Source of the DNA: an uncultured Rickettsiales bacterium
GTDB lineage: Bacteria > Pseudomonadota > Alphaproteobacteria > Rickettsiales > SXRF01
Reading direction: 5' to 3'
Assembly: GCA_964409675.1 (NCBI GenBank)
Contig: CAYPEF010000003.1
Span: 1 to 48,018, forward strand
Length of the DNA: 48,018 nucleotides
Shown here: in pieces, positions 17,612-26,760 of the stretch
How positions within the stretch are numbered: position 1 is the first letter of the stretch
How the letters are laid out: every line of letters starts with the position of its first letter
Translations under genes and position numbers: made by a program
Notes under the pieces: generated by a model
Database searches by the model: none
Told to the model about the DNA's origin: nothing
What the model saw: the letters and a program-made list of their open reading frames with translations, nothing else

Positions 17612-18448
17612 TCACGCCAACTCTAAATCCGCCAAATGCGATTTAGCACGCTCCACCGCTTCCGCTGGGAAGTGCGAGGGGTAATGCACCGGCATGCCCT
17701 TCAGGGAGATCTTCTGCCAGCCGTCGCCTTTTTTCTGCATGGCCCAGAAACCGCCCCACATGGAAACTTCGCCGAAAATCTCCTGCACGGCAAGCGTGAC
17801 GCCGGGGTGGAAGTTGCGGCCTGTTTTAGGGTCCTTAATAAAATCGCGGTCATGGTTGGCTTTCGCGTTGGCCTGGTCTACCTGGCTCCATTGCAGATTC
17901 AGATCATCGCCGCAGATGATGCCGCCTTCGCGCACCATGGGCATGGAGAGCATAATATCCTTTTTCACTGGCTCGTAGGTATGGTCGGCGTCAATGAAGA
18001 CCACGTCGAACGTATCGCGCCCCATCAGTGGCAGGATGTTTTCGCTTTTGCCGCGTAAATGCTGGCAGTTGATGCTGCCGGGCAGCGTGCGAATGTTATG
18101 CAGGAAGATATTATAGGCCGTGTCGGATCCCAGCGAATGCTCCATCGCCACATAGACATCGTCCTGATGCTTGGAGCGGTCGAAGAACGGCACCCAGCCG
18201 TCCACGCAGGTCAGGCTCCCCTGCCCGCCATTATGCAGCGCCAAGCCTTCCCCCCAGGAAAGCGCCGACGCGCCGTACCATGAGCCGATCTCCAGGATGC
18301 GCAAATCCGGGCGCTTGCCCTGCTTGGTTAAATACCATACGCATCCCATCATGAACACATGGCGCACGGGCGCGCTCAGAATGCCGTATTGCATATCGAA
18401 TAACGGCTTATCGCCGGCGACGGTCTTCAGGAGGGCTTGATAGGACAT
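17612..18448 (-). CDS. Class I SAM-dependent (O-)methyltransferase
   Basis: ILEIGSWYGASALSWGEG (motif I), VFIDADHTYEPVKKD. Start trimmed to MSYQALLK (18448), 4 nt after the upstream stop. Confidence 0.7.
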   Translation of the reverse strand: MSYQALLKTVAGDKPLFDMQYGILSAPVRHVFMMGCVWYLTKQGKRPDLRILEIGSWYGASALSWGEGLALHNGGQGSLTCVDGWVPFFDRSKHQDDVYVAMEHSLGSDTAYNIFLHNIRTLPGSINCQHLRGKSENILPLMGRDTFDVVFIDADHTYEPVKKDIMLSMPMVREGGIICGDDLNLQWSQVDQANAKANHDRDFIKDPKTGRNFHPGVTLAVQEIFGEVSMWGGFWAMQKKGDGWQKISLKGMPVHYPSHFPAEAVERAKSHLADLELA

Positions 18449-18452
18449 AATC

Positions 18453-19367
18453 TCACATTGCTTGGAGTTGATCGGAAGAGTGCGGGAAATACGCTTCACC
18501 CGGCGCATAGACAATCCGCCTGCGCCCGGTGCCCTGGTAGACCACCGGCATCCGCCGGTAATCCTCCACGGGGATAATGCGGATATCCATCGAGGCGCGG
18601 GTATGGTGCAACAGCGGCTCGCCGGTATGGATGCAGCGGGAATCAAAGGCGAACATCTTGCCAAACGGCGTTTTCACCTGCGGCGCAAATGCATTCAGCG
18701 ATTGGTTAAAGGCGGGGTCATTCACCGCCTTATCGATAAACGGCGCGAAGCGGTAGCCGAAGCCTTCCAGCACGCGGCGCGAATCCGCCACATTCATGCA
18801 GCGGAAGCCATGCCCCTGCTCGCCTTCCGGCGCGGTCAGCGGAATCCAAATATTGATTTCCTGCGGCGGATGGCCATAGCCGATATCGGTATGGTAGCGC
18901 GGATAATGGTGGTTGTTCTCCCCGTCCGGGCAGTGAATGCGGATGGTGGTGGTGGCCTGGAAATAGGACGCATAAGGGAAATAGCGCTGCACGCATTCCC
19001 CGATAAAACGGTGATAGAGCGCCATAAACGCCTCATCGGCATCATAGAGCAAGGTACTGATTTTATTCACTCCGTCATTAAACCCATACGCTTTCAGTTC
19101 ATGCCCGATGCGCGCATGCAGCGCCTGAAGCGGCTCCACGGCCTGCGCAATGCCTTGCGCACGCAGCAGGCGCAGCACGCCGTCGCGGAAGCCTTCCGCG
19201 AAGGGCGCGCAGTCCAGCTCGGCATGGTCGGCGCCGAATTCACGCTGGAAACGGCTTTGTGCAGCATATTCGCCCATCATCAGCTCCGCCCGCTCATCCT
19301 CGGTTAAGGCATGGATATTCACCTGCGCATGCGCGGCAGGTGCGGTGGCGTTAGCAGAGGAGGGCAT
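18453..19367 (-). CDS. PhyH-like Fe(II)/2OG dioxygenase-like protein (divergent)
   Basis: YHTDIGYGHPPQEINIWIPLT (HxD followed by a beta-strand), FGKMFAFDSRCIHTGEP...RASMDIR (distal His and Arg). Confidence 0.5.
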   Translation of the reverse strand: MPSSANATAPAAHAQVNIHALTEDERAELMMGEYAAQSRFQREFGADHAELDCAPFAEGFRDGVLRLLRAQGIAQAVEPLQALHARIGHELKAYGFNDGVNKISTLLYDADEAFMALYHRFIGECVQRYFPYASYFQATTTIRIHCPDGENNHHYPRYHTDIGYGHPPQEINIWIPLTAPEGEQGHGFRCMNVADSRRVLEGFGYRFAPFIDKAVNDPAFNQSLNAFAPQVKTPFGKMFAFDSRCIHTGEPLLHHTRASMDIRIIPVEDYRRMPVVYQGTGRRRIVYAPGEAYFPHSSDQLQAM

Positions 19368-19513
19368 GAAGGCTCTTGATCCTTGTCAAAAATGAGGAAA
19401 AATAAAAGGTCGAATATCCCCGGCTGTCAACGATAATTTGTATTGCAAGCTGAAAGCGTGGCCGTTACACCTTGCGGCAAGACATTTTTCACCAATTCTT
19501 TAGGAGAAGAGTC

Positions 19514-20485
19514 ATGTCCGAGGTTGTACCGTTCAATGAGCGCATTGCCCGCCTGACAGCGATCACCCCTGCCGCATCCGTGCTGGAGGATATGGGGCTG
19601 GTGAAAATTCTCTCCATCCAGGAAGCGCAACGGGCGCGCGTGCGAGGGGCGCTGAATTATTTTCTCTGGTCCTGCCTGTCGCACGCATTCCCCGAGAAAG
19701 CCTTCCCCCTCACCAACGACATGCTGGCTACCTATGAAGCTGATATCCTGAAACTTCCCAATATCACCCCTAACGGGCTGGTGCTTCCCAAGCGCGAAAA
19801 CATCCTCGCCTTCAACGCGCTACAGAAGGAAGCCGCCATGGCCTTCGCTGCGCTGGGCCTGGGCGAGCATATTGCCCGCGCGCAGTTCCCCATCAATATC
19901 CGCCTGCAAAACGGCGCGCCGGACCAGGCCGTGGATAGCCGCCCGCGCGCTTCCGTGAAGCCGCACAGCGACATCTGGGCAGGCGATCCCGCCTCGGGCA
20001 TTCTGGTGTTCCTCTCCGTGCTGGGCGACCCGTCCAAATCAGGCATCGATTTCATGCAACCCAAGGAATTCCCGCTATCTTACGTGCGCACGCTCAACGA
20101 TTATAACGAAGGCCAGCCCCTGCTGACCGACAGCACAAAAATCGGTAGCTTCAGCAATGCCGGCTGGTTCCTGGCCGATCCATACCTGATCCACCAGACC
20201 ACCAAGAATGCGCCAGGCTGCCGCATCTCGCTCGATTTCCGCTTTATCCCCAACAAGCGCGTAAGCTCGGACATCGACGAAGATGAAACCCGCAAGCCCT
20301 TCTTTATCCCTTTCAATCGCTGGAGCGCCATCGGCAGCGACAAGCTGATCATGACGGAAGAAGGCATGCGCGAATTTTCTCCCAATAAGAGCAAAGATCC
20401 TTATACTATCGGTTACCCGGTTAAAATATCTATCATCGATACGGACGCAACCTATGACCTACGCCCTCAAAAGCTCGCCAGCTGA
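19514..20485 (+). CDS. PhyH-like Fe(II)/2OG dioxygenase-like protein (divergent)
   Basis: KPHSDIWAGDPASGILVFLSV (HxD), WFLADPYLIHQTTKNAPGCRISLDFRF (distal His and Arg). Start moved to MSEVVPF, which has an AGGAGA SD. Confidence 0.45.
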   Translation: MSEVVPFNERIARLTAITPAASVLEDMGLVKILSIQEAQRARVRGALNYFLWSCLSHAFPEKAFPLTNDMLATYEADILKLPNITPNGLVLPKRENILAFNALQKEAAMAFAALGLGEHIARAQFPINIRLQNGAPDQAVDSRPRASVKPHSDIWAGDPASGILVFLSVLGDPSKSGIDFMQPKEFPLSYVRTLNDYNEGQPLLTDSTKIGSFSNAGWFLADPYLIHQTTKNAPGCRISLDFRFIPNKRVSSDIDEDETRKPFFIPFNRWSAIGSDKLIMTEEGMREFSPNKSKDPYTIGYPVKISIIDTDATYDLRPQKLAS

Positions 20486-21422
20486 TTCGCAACTGCACAC
20501 CCTTGCCCCCGAACAGGTGGCGGCGAAGTTCGGCCTTAGCCGCGAACAACTGCTGAGTTTGCTGGGCAACCACGCCTGGCCGTCGCTTACCTACCGGGTA
20601 ATCAAGGGCGCGGAGCGCGACGACGTGATGCTCGGCATCCTGAAGCGTATCGATTCCGGCACCATGCGCATCGTCGGCGGCAATGACAACGCGGTCTGGG
20701 AACAGGGCTGGGGGGAAATCCTCACTCAAGTCAAGAACAAAGGATTTAGCCCTACCATCCTGCGCCCGCAATATTTCGACCATCACCGCATCATGCGCCT
20801 GAACGGCGAGTATGTGGACGGCGGTGACGCGCGGTTTGTCTACGAGTATGACCAGCTGCTGCGCCGCATCGTCTTTTCGCATTACCTGAAGGGTACTTCC
20901 AAGATCGTCGAACTCGGCTGCGGCACCGGCACCAGCCAGTTGCTGCTGGCCGAATTGCTGCCAAACGCGAAACTGGTGGCCAGCGACTGGGCAACGCCTT
21001 CGCAGGAGATCGTGCGCCAAATCGGCGCATACACCAAGCGTGACATTAAGCCGGTGAACTTCAACATGCTAACGCTGGAAGGCTGGGAAAACCTGGAGAT
21101 CGATGCGCAGTCCACCGTGCTGACCGTCCACGCGCTGGAACAGCTCGGTGGCGGCTGCACGGAGCTGCTGGACCGGCTGGTGAAGGCCAAGCCCAAAATG
21201 TGCCTGCATTTCGAGCCGATTGTGGAGCTGTACGACGAAAACGCCCTTTTCGATTACCTCGCCATCAAATACCACACCACGCGCAATTATTTGAGCAATT
21301 GGCTCAGCACCCTGCGCACACTTGCCAAGGCGGGCAAGGTGGAGATCATGGAAGAGCGCCGCCTTGCCTTCGGCGACCGGTATCACGAGGCTTATTCCGT
21401 TATCGCCTGGCACCCCTTGTAA
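20454..21422 (+). CDS. Class I SAM-dependent methyltransferase
   Basis: KIVELGCGTGTSQLLLAELLPNAKLVASD (motif I plus acidic motif II). Confidence 0.7.
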   Translation: MTYALKSSPADSQLHTLAPEQVAAKFGLSREQLLSLLGNHAWPSLTYRVIKGAERDDVMLGILKRIDSGTMRIVGGNDNAVWEQGWGEILTQVKNKGFSPTILRPQYFDHHRIMRLNGEYVDGGDARFVYEYDQLLRRIVFSHYLKGTSKIVELGCGTGTSQLLLAELLPNAKLVASDWATPSQEIVRQIGAYTKRDIKPVNFNMLTLEGWENLEIDAQSTVLTVHALEQLGGGCTELLDRLVKAKPKMCLHFEPIVELYDENALFDYLAIKYHTTRNYLSNWLSTLRTLAKAGKVEIMEERRLAFGDRYHEAYSVIAWHPL

Positions 21423-21441
21423 TCCCGGTAACAGCAGACGC

Positions 21442-23364
21442 ATGCATACGCTGACACCCGTTGATTACGGCTATGTGGATACGATAGCCAATAATATCCG
21501 TTACTCCCTGGGCATCCGCCGCCCCGCCGAGCCGATTGCGTCCGGCGTGCTGCTTTCCATCCATGTGCAGTCCAACCGACCGGATAATTTCGTCAAGTTC
21601 CTGGACGATCTGGAAGCGAGCATTGACGACCCCGCTAATATCGAAGTGGTGGTGAAAATCGACGACACGGACGCAGAAATGAACGCGCTGCTGCCGCTGG
21701 AAGTGGCCAAGCGCCCATTTGCCGTGAAATACCTCTCCACACCACTGGTGGGCGGCTTCTTTGAGCTGTGGCGCTCAATGAACGATATGCTCAATGTATG
21801 CGACCCCAACGCCTATTTCCTCTGGAACATGAACGACGAAATGGCGGTGCTGAACAAGGGCTGGGACAGTATGCTTAAGAAATATGTCGGCCTGTTCCCC
21901 GACCATATTTTCCGCCTGCGCACTTCGCTCTTCCGTTCGCGCAATTACTGCGATTTCTGGGAGTGCGGCTTTGCACCGGAAACCTCCGCCATCACCACCA
22001 AGCGCTGGATTGATATCGGCGGCAACTGGAACCCCTGCCTGGGGCCGGACAGTTTCCAGCAATGCGTGGCCTATTACTTCGCCTACCACGACCGTTTCAA
22101 CAAGTTTAAACCCCTGCGTGAAGTGCCGATCCACGACATTACCCTTGCCGGCGAAGGCGCTTTCATCGGATTAGAGGGCGAAAAACTCTGGAAACGCATG
22201 CGTGGGGCAACCAAGGCCTGGTTCCGTCTGATGTCGCCAAAAATACAAACCGAAGCATCCCGGCGCGCGCAGAAGCTGCATGCCCATGTTTGCGCCACCA
22301 ATAACCGCCTGACGGATTTTACCATACAGGATCATGCCTTTACCGAAACCATCGTCCTGACCGATAACGAAACCGGCCTCATTATCCGCAAATTCCCGTA
22401 TCACTTGTCATACACGCGCATCTGGCTTACCAATGGCTGGCGGGCCGCGCGCTATCTCTATTACGGAGGCGGCGGCGCACGGGCAATCCGCTCATTACCC
22501 GTCAGTATTATCACCTTCCTTTCGCTGCGTTATAAAAGCTTTGAATGGGTCTACCGCTTCAGCCACCGCTACCGCAAATGGCGGGACAGCCTGCTGACCA
22601 ATACGCTGCAAGCGGCATCAATGCTATACGTAAAAAACAAACTGCGCTTGCTGCGCCTGCGGCGGAAAATCCTTAATCAGATGCAAACATCGTTATCCTG
22701 GACCATTACCGGCGCGCACCATATCCGCCACCAGTTGCGCCGCCTGTACGCAGCGCTTGTCGGCGAGTTGCGCAGCCTGTTTTACGACACTCCCGTCTGG
22801 TCAGCGTTTAAAACAATTAAGCATTATAACCGCCACACGGCGCAACTTACACTGTATCCATTCCGCATATTGCGTGAACTGGCCAAACGCAGTGCGCTGA
22901 ACGTACTGAACAGGGGATATGCGTTTGATGAGCGCAATATCCAACTCACCCGGCTTGATCTGAACCTGGATTGGCATGCAATCAACGTCGCCATGCTGTT
23001 CGCTACCCTGCCGGAGCGTTTCGTCAATCCGCGCTTCCGCAACGCCACCATGCGCTGCATATTGCTCAAGCACTGGTATAATCTTACCGATCAACAGTTG
23101 CAAGAAGCGCTATTAAACGATGTGGGGCTGCGCTATTTCCTCGGGCTGCGGGCGCACCAACGCGTTCCCACCATCTCCGCCATCCGCGCCTTGCAGGATA
23201 TGCTGACGGAAGAAAACGTATTGCCGAAGGTCTTTGCCATTGTCGATGCCGAAATCGCGCGCGAACAGCTCCCCAAGCTTGGCGCTATATCCCCGGCGAT
23301 TCCAGCGGAATCACCAGGCGCGGCAGATGCGATCCCTCCCCTCCGGCTCGCCGCCGCCGGATAG
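21442..23364 (+). CDS. Composite ORF: GT-A-like N-terminal domain, Arg-rich helical middle, IS5-type transposase N-terminal domain at the C-terminus
   Basis: N-terminal ~330 aa carry acidic motifs (KIDDTDAE, NMNDEM) suggestive of a GT-A fold. The C-terminus matches the InsH N-terminal domain. Start trimmed to MHTLTP (21442). Confidence 0.45.
   Translation: MHTLTPVDYGYVDTIANNIRYSLGIRRPAEPIASGVLLSIHVQSNRPDNFVKFLDDLEASIDDPANIEVVVKIDDTDAEMNALLPLEVAKRPFAVKYLSTPLVGGFFELWRSMNDMLNVCDPNAYFLWNMNDEMAVLNKGWDSMLKKYVGLFPDHIFRLRTSLFRSRNYCDFWECGFAPETSAITTKRWIDIGGNWNPCLGPDSFQQCVAYYFAYHDRFNKFKPLREVPIHDITLAGEGAFIGLEGEKLWKRMRGATKAWFRLMSPKIQTEASRRAQKLHAHVCATNNRLTDFTIQDHAFTETIVLTDNETGLIIRKFPYHLSYTRIWLTNGWRAARYLYYGGGGARAIRSLPVSIITFLSLRYKSFEWVYRFSHRYRKWRDSLLTNTLQAASMLYVKNKLRLLRLRRKILNQMQTSLSWTITGAHHIRHQLRRLYAALVGELRSLFYDTPVWSAFKTIKHYNRHTAQLTLYPFRILRELAKRSALNVLNRGYAFDERNIQLTRLDLNLDWHAINVAMLFATLPERFVNPRFRNATMRCILLKHWYNLTDQQLQEALLNDVGLRYFLGLRAHQRVPTISAIRALQDMLTEENVLPKVFAIVDAEIAREQLPKLGAISPAIPAESPGAADAIPPLRLAAAG
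22954..23259 (+). mobile_element. IS5 (InsH)-family transposase N-terminal domain remnant; no DDE catalytic domain follows
   Basis: LDWHAINVAM...RFRNATMRCILLKHWYNLTDQQLQEALLNDVGLRYFLGL...VPTISAIRALQDML...VFAIVDAEI aligns with E. coli InsH ...LPWQNMVEVI...[41 protein letters not shown]...LPDRTTIMNFRHLL...LFKTINRWL (InsH recalled from memory). Confidence 0.6.
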
Positions 23365-23390
23365 TTTCCTCTAACGGCTCGCTAAGCGAC

Positions 23391-23930
23391 ATGACGGGCT
23401 TTACCTTCACCCCCTTGCCAATTACCGGTGCCGTGCTGATCACGTCCACGCTGCATACCGACGCACGCGGCACATTCCAGCGCAGCTTCTGTGAAACATC
23501 CTTCCGGCAGGCCGGCATCCCGACACATTTCCCGCAGCACAACATCTCCGGCAACCCCACCCGGCACACGCTGCGCGGGCTGCATTACCAGCAGGGCAAT
23601 GAATATAAAATCGTGCGCTGCCTGCACGGCAGCGCCTTCGACGTGATTACCGACCTCCGCGAAGACAGCCCCACATATGGTACATGGCACGCGGTAGAAC
23701 TCTCGGCGCAGGCCGCGCACTACGTCTATATCCCTGCCGGTTGCGCGCACGGCTTCCTCACGCTGGAGGCGGATACCACGCTGCATTACCTGATGGGAGA
23801 AGCCTATCGCCCAGATGCCCAGCGCGGCATCCATTACCGCGATCCTCAGTTAAATATCCTTTGGCCCGCCGATCCGGCGCTGATTTCCGAACGCGATCTC
23901 GCCTTTCCTACCCTGCGGGGTAGCCTGTGA
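23391..23930 (+). CDS. NDP-4-keto-6-deoxyhexose 3,5-epimerase (RmlC cupin family)
   Basis: DARGTFQRSF, LRGLHYQ, KIVRCLHGSAFDVITDLREDSPTYGTW, PAGCAHGF: all canonical RmlC-family blocks. Confidence 0.85.
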   Translation: MTGFTFTPLPITGAVLITSTLHTDARGTFQRSFCETSFRQAGIPTHFPQHNISGNPTRHTLRGLHYQQGNEYKIVRCLHGSAFDVITDLREDSPTYGTWHAVELSAQAAHYVYIPAGCAHGFLTLEADTTLHYLMGEAYRPDAQRGIHYRDPQLNILWPADPALISERDLAFPTLRGSL

Positions 23931-24736
23931 GCGAACTATTTACCATCGTCGGCGCCAAAGGCTTCATCGGCAGCGCATTGATGCAAATTCTGCCCGCGCA
24001 AGGCTACCGTGTGCAGGCATGGACGGATGAACCATCTACCGCACCCGGCCATATCATTTTCGCCGCCGGTGTCACCGCCGATTTCCGCCAGCGCCCGCAC
24101 GATACCATGCAGTCGCATGTCAGCCTCGCCTCCGAGATACTGCGCCGGAGGGGCTTTGCCTCCTTCACCTACCTCTCCTCCGCCCGGCTCTACCGGCACG
24201 CGACCTCCACGCGCGAAGACGCTGCCTTCACCCTCTGTCCGCATGACCCCGAATGTCTCTATGATTTCTCCAAGCTCTGCGGCGAAAGCCTCTGCCTGAA
24301 TGACCCGCAAGAAAGCGTGCGAGTAGTGCGGCTCTCCAACGTGGCGGGAGCGGACCGGGAAGGAAACAATTTCATCAGCTATCTGATCCACGAAGCGCTG
24401 GCAAAGGGCGAAATCTCTTTGCACACTGCCCCCGCCTCCGCCAAGGATTACGTGCTGCTGGATGATGTCACCTCCATGCTGCCACGCATCGCCCTTTCCG
24501 GGAGGGAACACCTGTACAACCTCGCTTCGGGCCGCGTGACAAGCAATGATTTTATTGTTAAGACGCTGGAAGAAACCACAGGCTGCCGCGCATCATACGC
24601 AGACTATGCGCCCATCGCGCAGCAGCCCGCCATCAACATCTCACGCTTGGCAGAAGAATTTGGCTATACGCCCACGCGCATAGAAGACCAACTGGAAAGG
24701 ATCATCAGTGACATTCAGCTCGCTTTGCACGGGTAA
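23927..24736 (+). CDS. Extended-SDR NAD(P)-dependent sugar 4-ketoreductase/epimerase
   Basis: GTG start overlapping the epimerase stop (GTGA). IVGAKGFIGSAL Rossmann motif, YDFSK (YxxxK). Confidence 0.7.
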   Translation: MSELFTIVGAKGFIGSALMQILPAQGYRVQAWTDEPSTAPGHIIFAAGVTADFRQRPHDTMQSHVSLASEILRRRGFASFTYLSSARLYRHATSTREDAAFTLCPHDPECLYDFSKLCGESLCLNDPQESVRVVRLSNVAGADREGNNFISYLIHEALAKGEISLHTAPASAKDYVLLDDVTSMLPRIALSGREHLYNLASGRVTSNDFIVKTLEETTGCRASYADYAPIAQQPAINISRLAEEFGYTPTRIEDQLERIISDIQLALHG

Positions 24737-25502
24737 GGTTACCTTCGATTTCGATGCCGGAACCGCCAGCCGCACCGATGCCAACGGCACCGTCACCCAT
24801 TCACTCTCCAGCACTGAGGGCTTCGCGCTCGCCGCTGATACCTGGCTGCGCGCCGGGTGGGACGCGAAATACGTCTATAGCTTCACTTGGCTGGGCCGCC
24901 CCGTCATTCAATTGCCGGATGACATGCTGCGCCTGCAGGAAATTATTTATCAGGTACAGCCGGATCTCATCATTGAAACCGGCGTGGCGCATGGCGGGGG
25001 ATTAGTGTTCATGGCGTCGCTGTGCAAATTGATCGGCAAGGGCCGGGTGCTGGGCGTGGAGATTGATCTGCGTGCCCATAACCGAACCGCGCTGGAGGCG
25101 CATGCTCTGCGCCCCTATTATGATATCATTGACGGCAGCTCGATTGCTCCGGAAACCGTGGAAAAAGTGAAGCGCCATATCCGCCCGGGCGAGAAAGTGC
25201 TGGTGATCCTCGATTCCTGCCACAGCGCCGCCCATGTCAGCGCCGAGCTGGAAGCCTACGGTGCACTCGTCTCGGAAGGCTCTTACCTGATTGCGGCAGA
25301 CGGCATCATGCAGCGCCTCCCCACGGCGCCGCGAAGCCAGCCGGACTGGGGAATTAACAATCCGATTACCGCTGTAGAAGCCTTCCTGCACAGCCACCCC
25401 GAATTCAAAGCCGCCCCCTTGCAGCCCGCCTTCAACGAAGGCAGCGCCCAGCCGGTAGCCACCTACTGGCCCGCCGGCTACCTCCGGCGCAAATCAGGTT
25501 AG
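24708..25502 (+). CDS. CmcI / 'cephalosporin hydroxylase'-family methyltransferase (sugar O-methyltransferase type)
   Basis: FTWLGRPVIQLPDDMLRLQEIIYQVQPDLIIETGVAHGGGLVFMASL matches the CmcI-family core. Confidence 0.7.
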   Translation: MTFSSLCTGKVTFDFDAGTASRTDANGTVTHSLSSTEGFALAADTWLRAGWDAKYVYSFTWLGRPVIQLPDDMLRLQEIIYQVQPDLIIETGVAHGGGLVFMASLCKLIGKGRVLGVEIDLRAHNRTALEAHALRPYYDIIDGSSIAPETVEKVKRHIRPGEKVLVILDSCHSAAHVSAELEAYGALVSEGSYLIAADGIMQRLPTAPRSQPDWGINNPITAVEAFLHSHPEFKAAPLQPAFNEGSAQPVATYWPAGYLRRKSG

Positions 25503-25503
25503 T

Positions 25504-26736
25504 ATGCCCAGTGTCTCCGTCTGCATCCCAACCTACAACCGCGCCGCCATTCTGGCGGACCGGCTGGAGCGGATGGCAGGCATGCAGGCAGCGTTTGATA
25601 TTGAAATCTGCATCTCCGACAATGCCTCTGATTCGGATACGGAAGCGGCCATTGCCCCCTACCGCAGCCGCTTTGCCGGATTCCGCTATGTGCGCCAGCC
25701 AAAGCTGGTCAGTCCCACCTTTAACTTTTACGCAGCCATGCGCCTTGCCACCGGCGATTTTATTGTTCAGTTGGGAGATGACGATTGCATCGATACACAA
25801 GGCATTGCCCGCTGCCTGGAACTTTTCGCCGCTGAACCGCAATTGAATTATATTGCCGGCAATTGCGAACTGTATTTTTTCGAGCAGGAGCAAAGCAACG
25901 GTATCGTGCGCTTCATTCATGCGGAAGAGCGGTACGACAGCACGCAACTGCGCGAAGTATTTGAGAAATATTACTTCCTCGAATACATGATCATGCGCCG
26001 CGCGCCTGTGCACCGCTATTACCACAATGAAGGCTTAAGCTACCCCACTGGCTGGAAGCTGATCCGCTGCTGTTTGGAAGACGGCCATATCCGCTTCATC
26101 CCCGATACCATCGTGCGCAAGGGCGATTCGCCGGACCAGCTCGGCCACCGCAATTACCTAATTACCATGCAAGACTACACCAGAAACGACCCCGAGCATT
26201 ACGCCGCCCTCTGCGCCGATAGCTTAAGCGAAGAAGACTACAGCGCCGTGCAACAAACGGCGCTCATGCGCAGCGTGCGCTATTCCTCCGACGCCACCGT
26301 CAGCGCCCAGCAGCATGCAGAGGCGCTGATTTCCTGGCATCACACCATGAAAGCCGCTGTCTATGATCATGATACGCAGTATTACCCCCTGCTCCCGCCG
26401 CAAGAGCGAATCCACGCGCGCCTGAATGCTTGGATTGCGCAGTTACTGCGCTCACTACCGGATACACAGCAGGTGGAAATCGAGAACGCACCCGGCTTGC
26501 AGCCCATCCTGCCGCTCCTGCAAGCAGCCTGTCCCGCGCTCACCGTTAACATCAAGCCTGCCTCCAGCCTGCTGGTACGCCAGGGCGTGCTGACCATCAG
26601 CGCCGCCTTCAACGCCGCCTTTCACACCGCGGCACTGGCAATACGGGGCTACCCCTACATCGCCATAGAAGATCTCATGCCTGATATGCTGGATTACACG
26701 CTACCGCAGGAGGAAACCTCTACGCTACTGCGCTAA
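25504..26736 (+). CDS. Glycosyltransferase family 2
   Basis: VSVCIPTYNRAAIL, ISDNASDSDTEA, and QLGDDDC (DxD) in a GT-A N-terminal domain. Confidence 0.75.
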   Translation: MPSVSVCIPTYNRAAILADRLERMAGMQAAFDIEICISDNASDSDTEAAIAPYRSRFAGFRYVRQPKLVSPTFNFYAAMRLATGDFIVQLGDDDCIDTQGIARCLELFAAEPQLNYIAGNCELYFFEQEQSNGIVRFIHAEERYDSTQLREVFEKYYFLEYMIMRRAPVHRYYHNEGLSYPTGWKLIRCCLEDGHIRFIPDTIVRKGDSPDQLGHRNYLITMQDYTRNDPEHYAALCADSLSEEDYSAVQQTALMRSVRYSSDATVSAQQHAEALISWHHTMKAAVYDHDTQYYPLLPPQERIHARLNAWIAQLLRSLPDTQQVEIENAPGLQPILPLLQAACPALTVNIKPASSLLVRQGVLTISAAFNAAFHTAALAIRGYPYIAIEDLMPDMLDYTLPQEETSTLLR

Positions 26737-26760
26737 ATAGACTTCCGGTTTTACCATTGG

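Noticed and set aside
22954-23259. An active IS5-family insertion sequence.
   Set aside because: Only the N-terminal DNA-binding domain is present. There is no DDE domain, and I noticed no obvious terminal inverted repeats. The next gene starts 27 nt after the stop.
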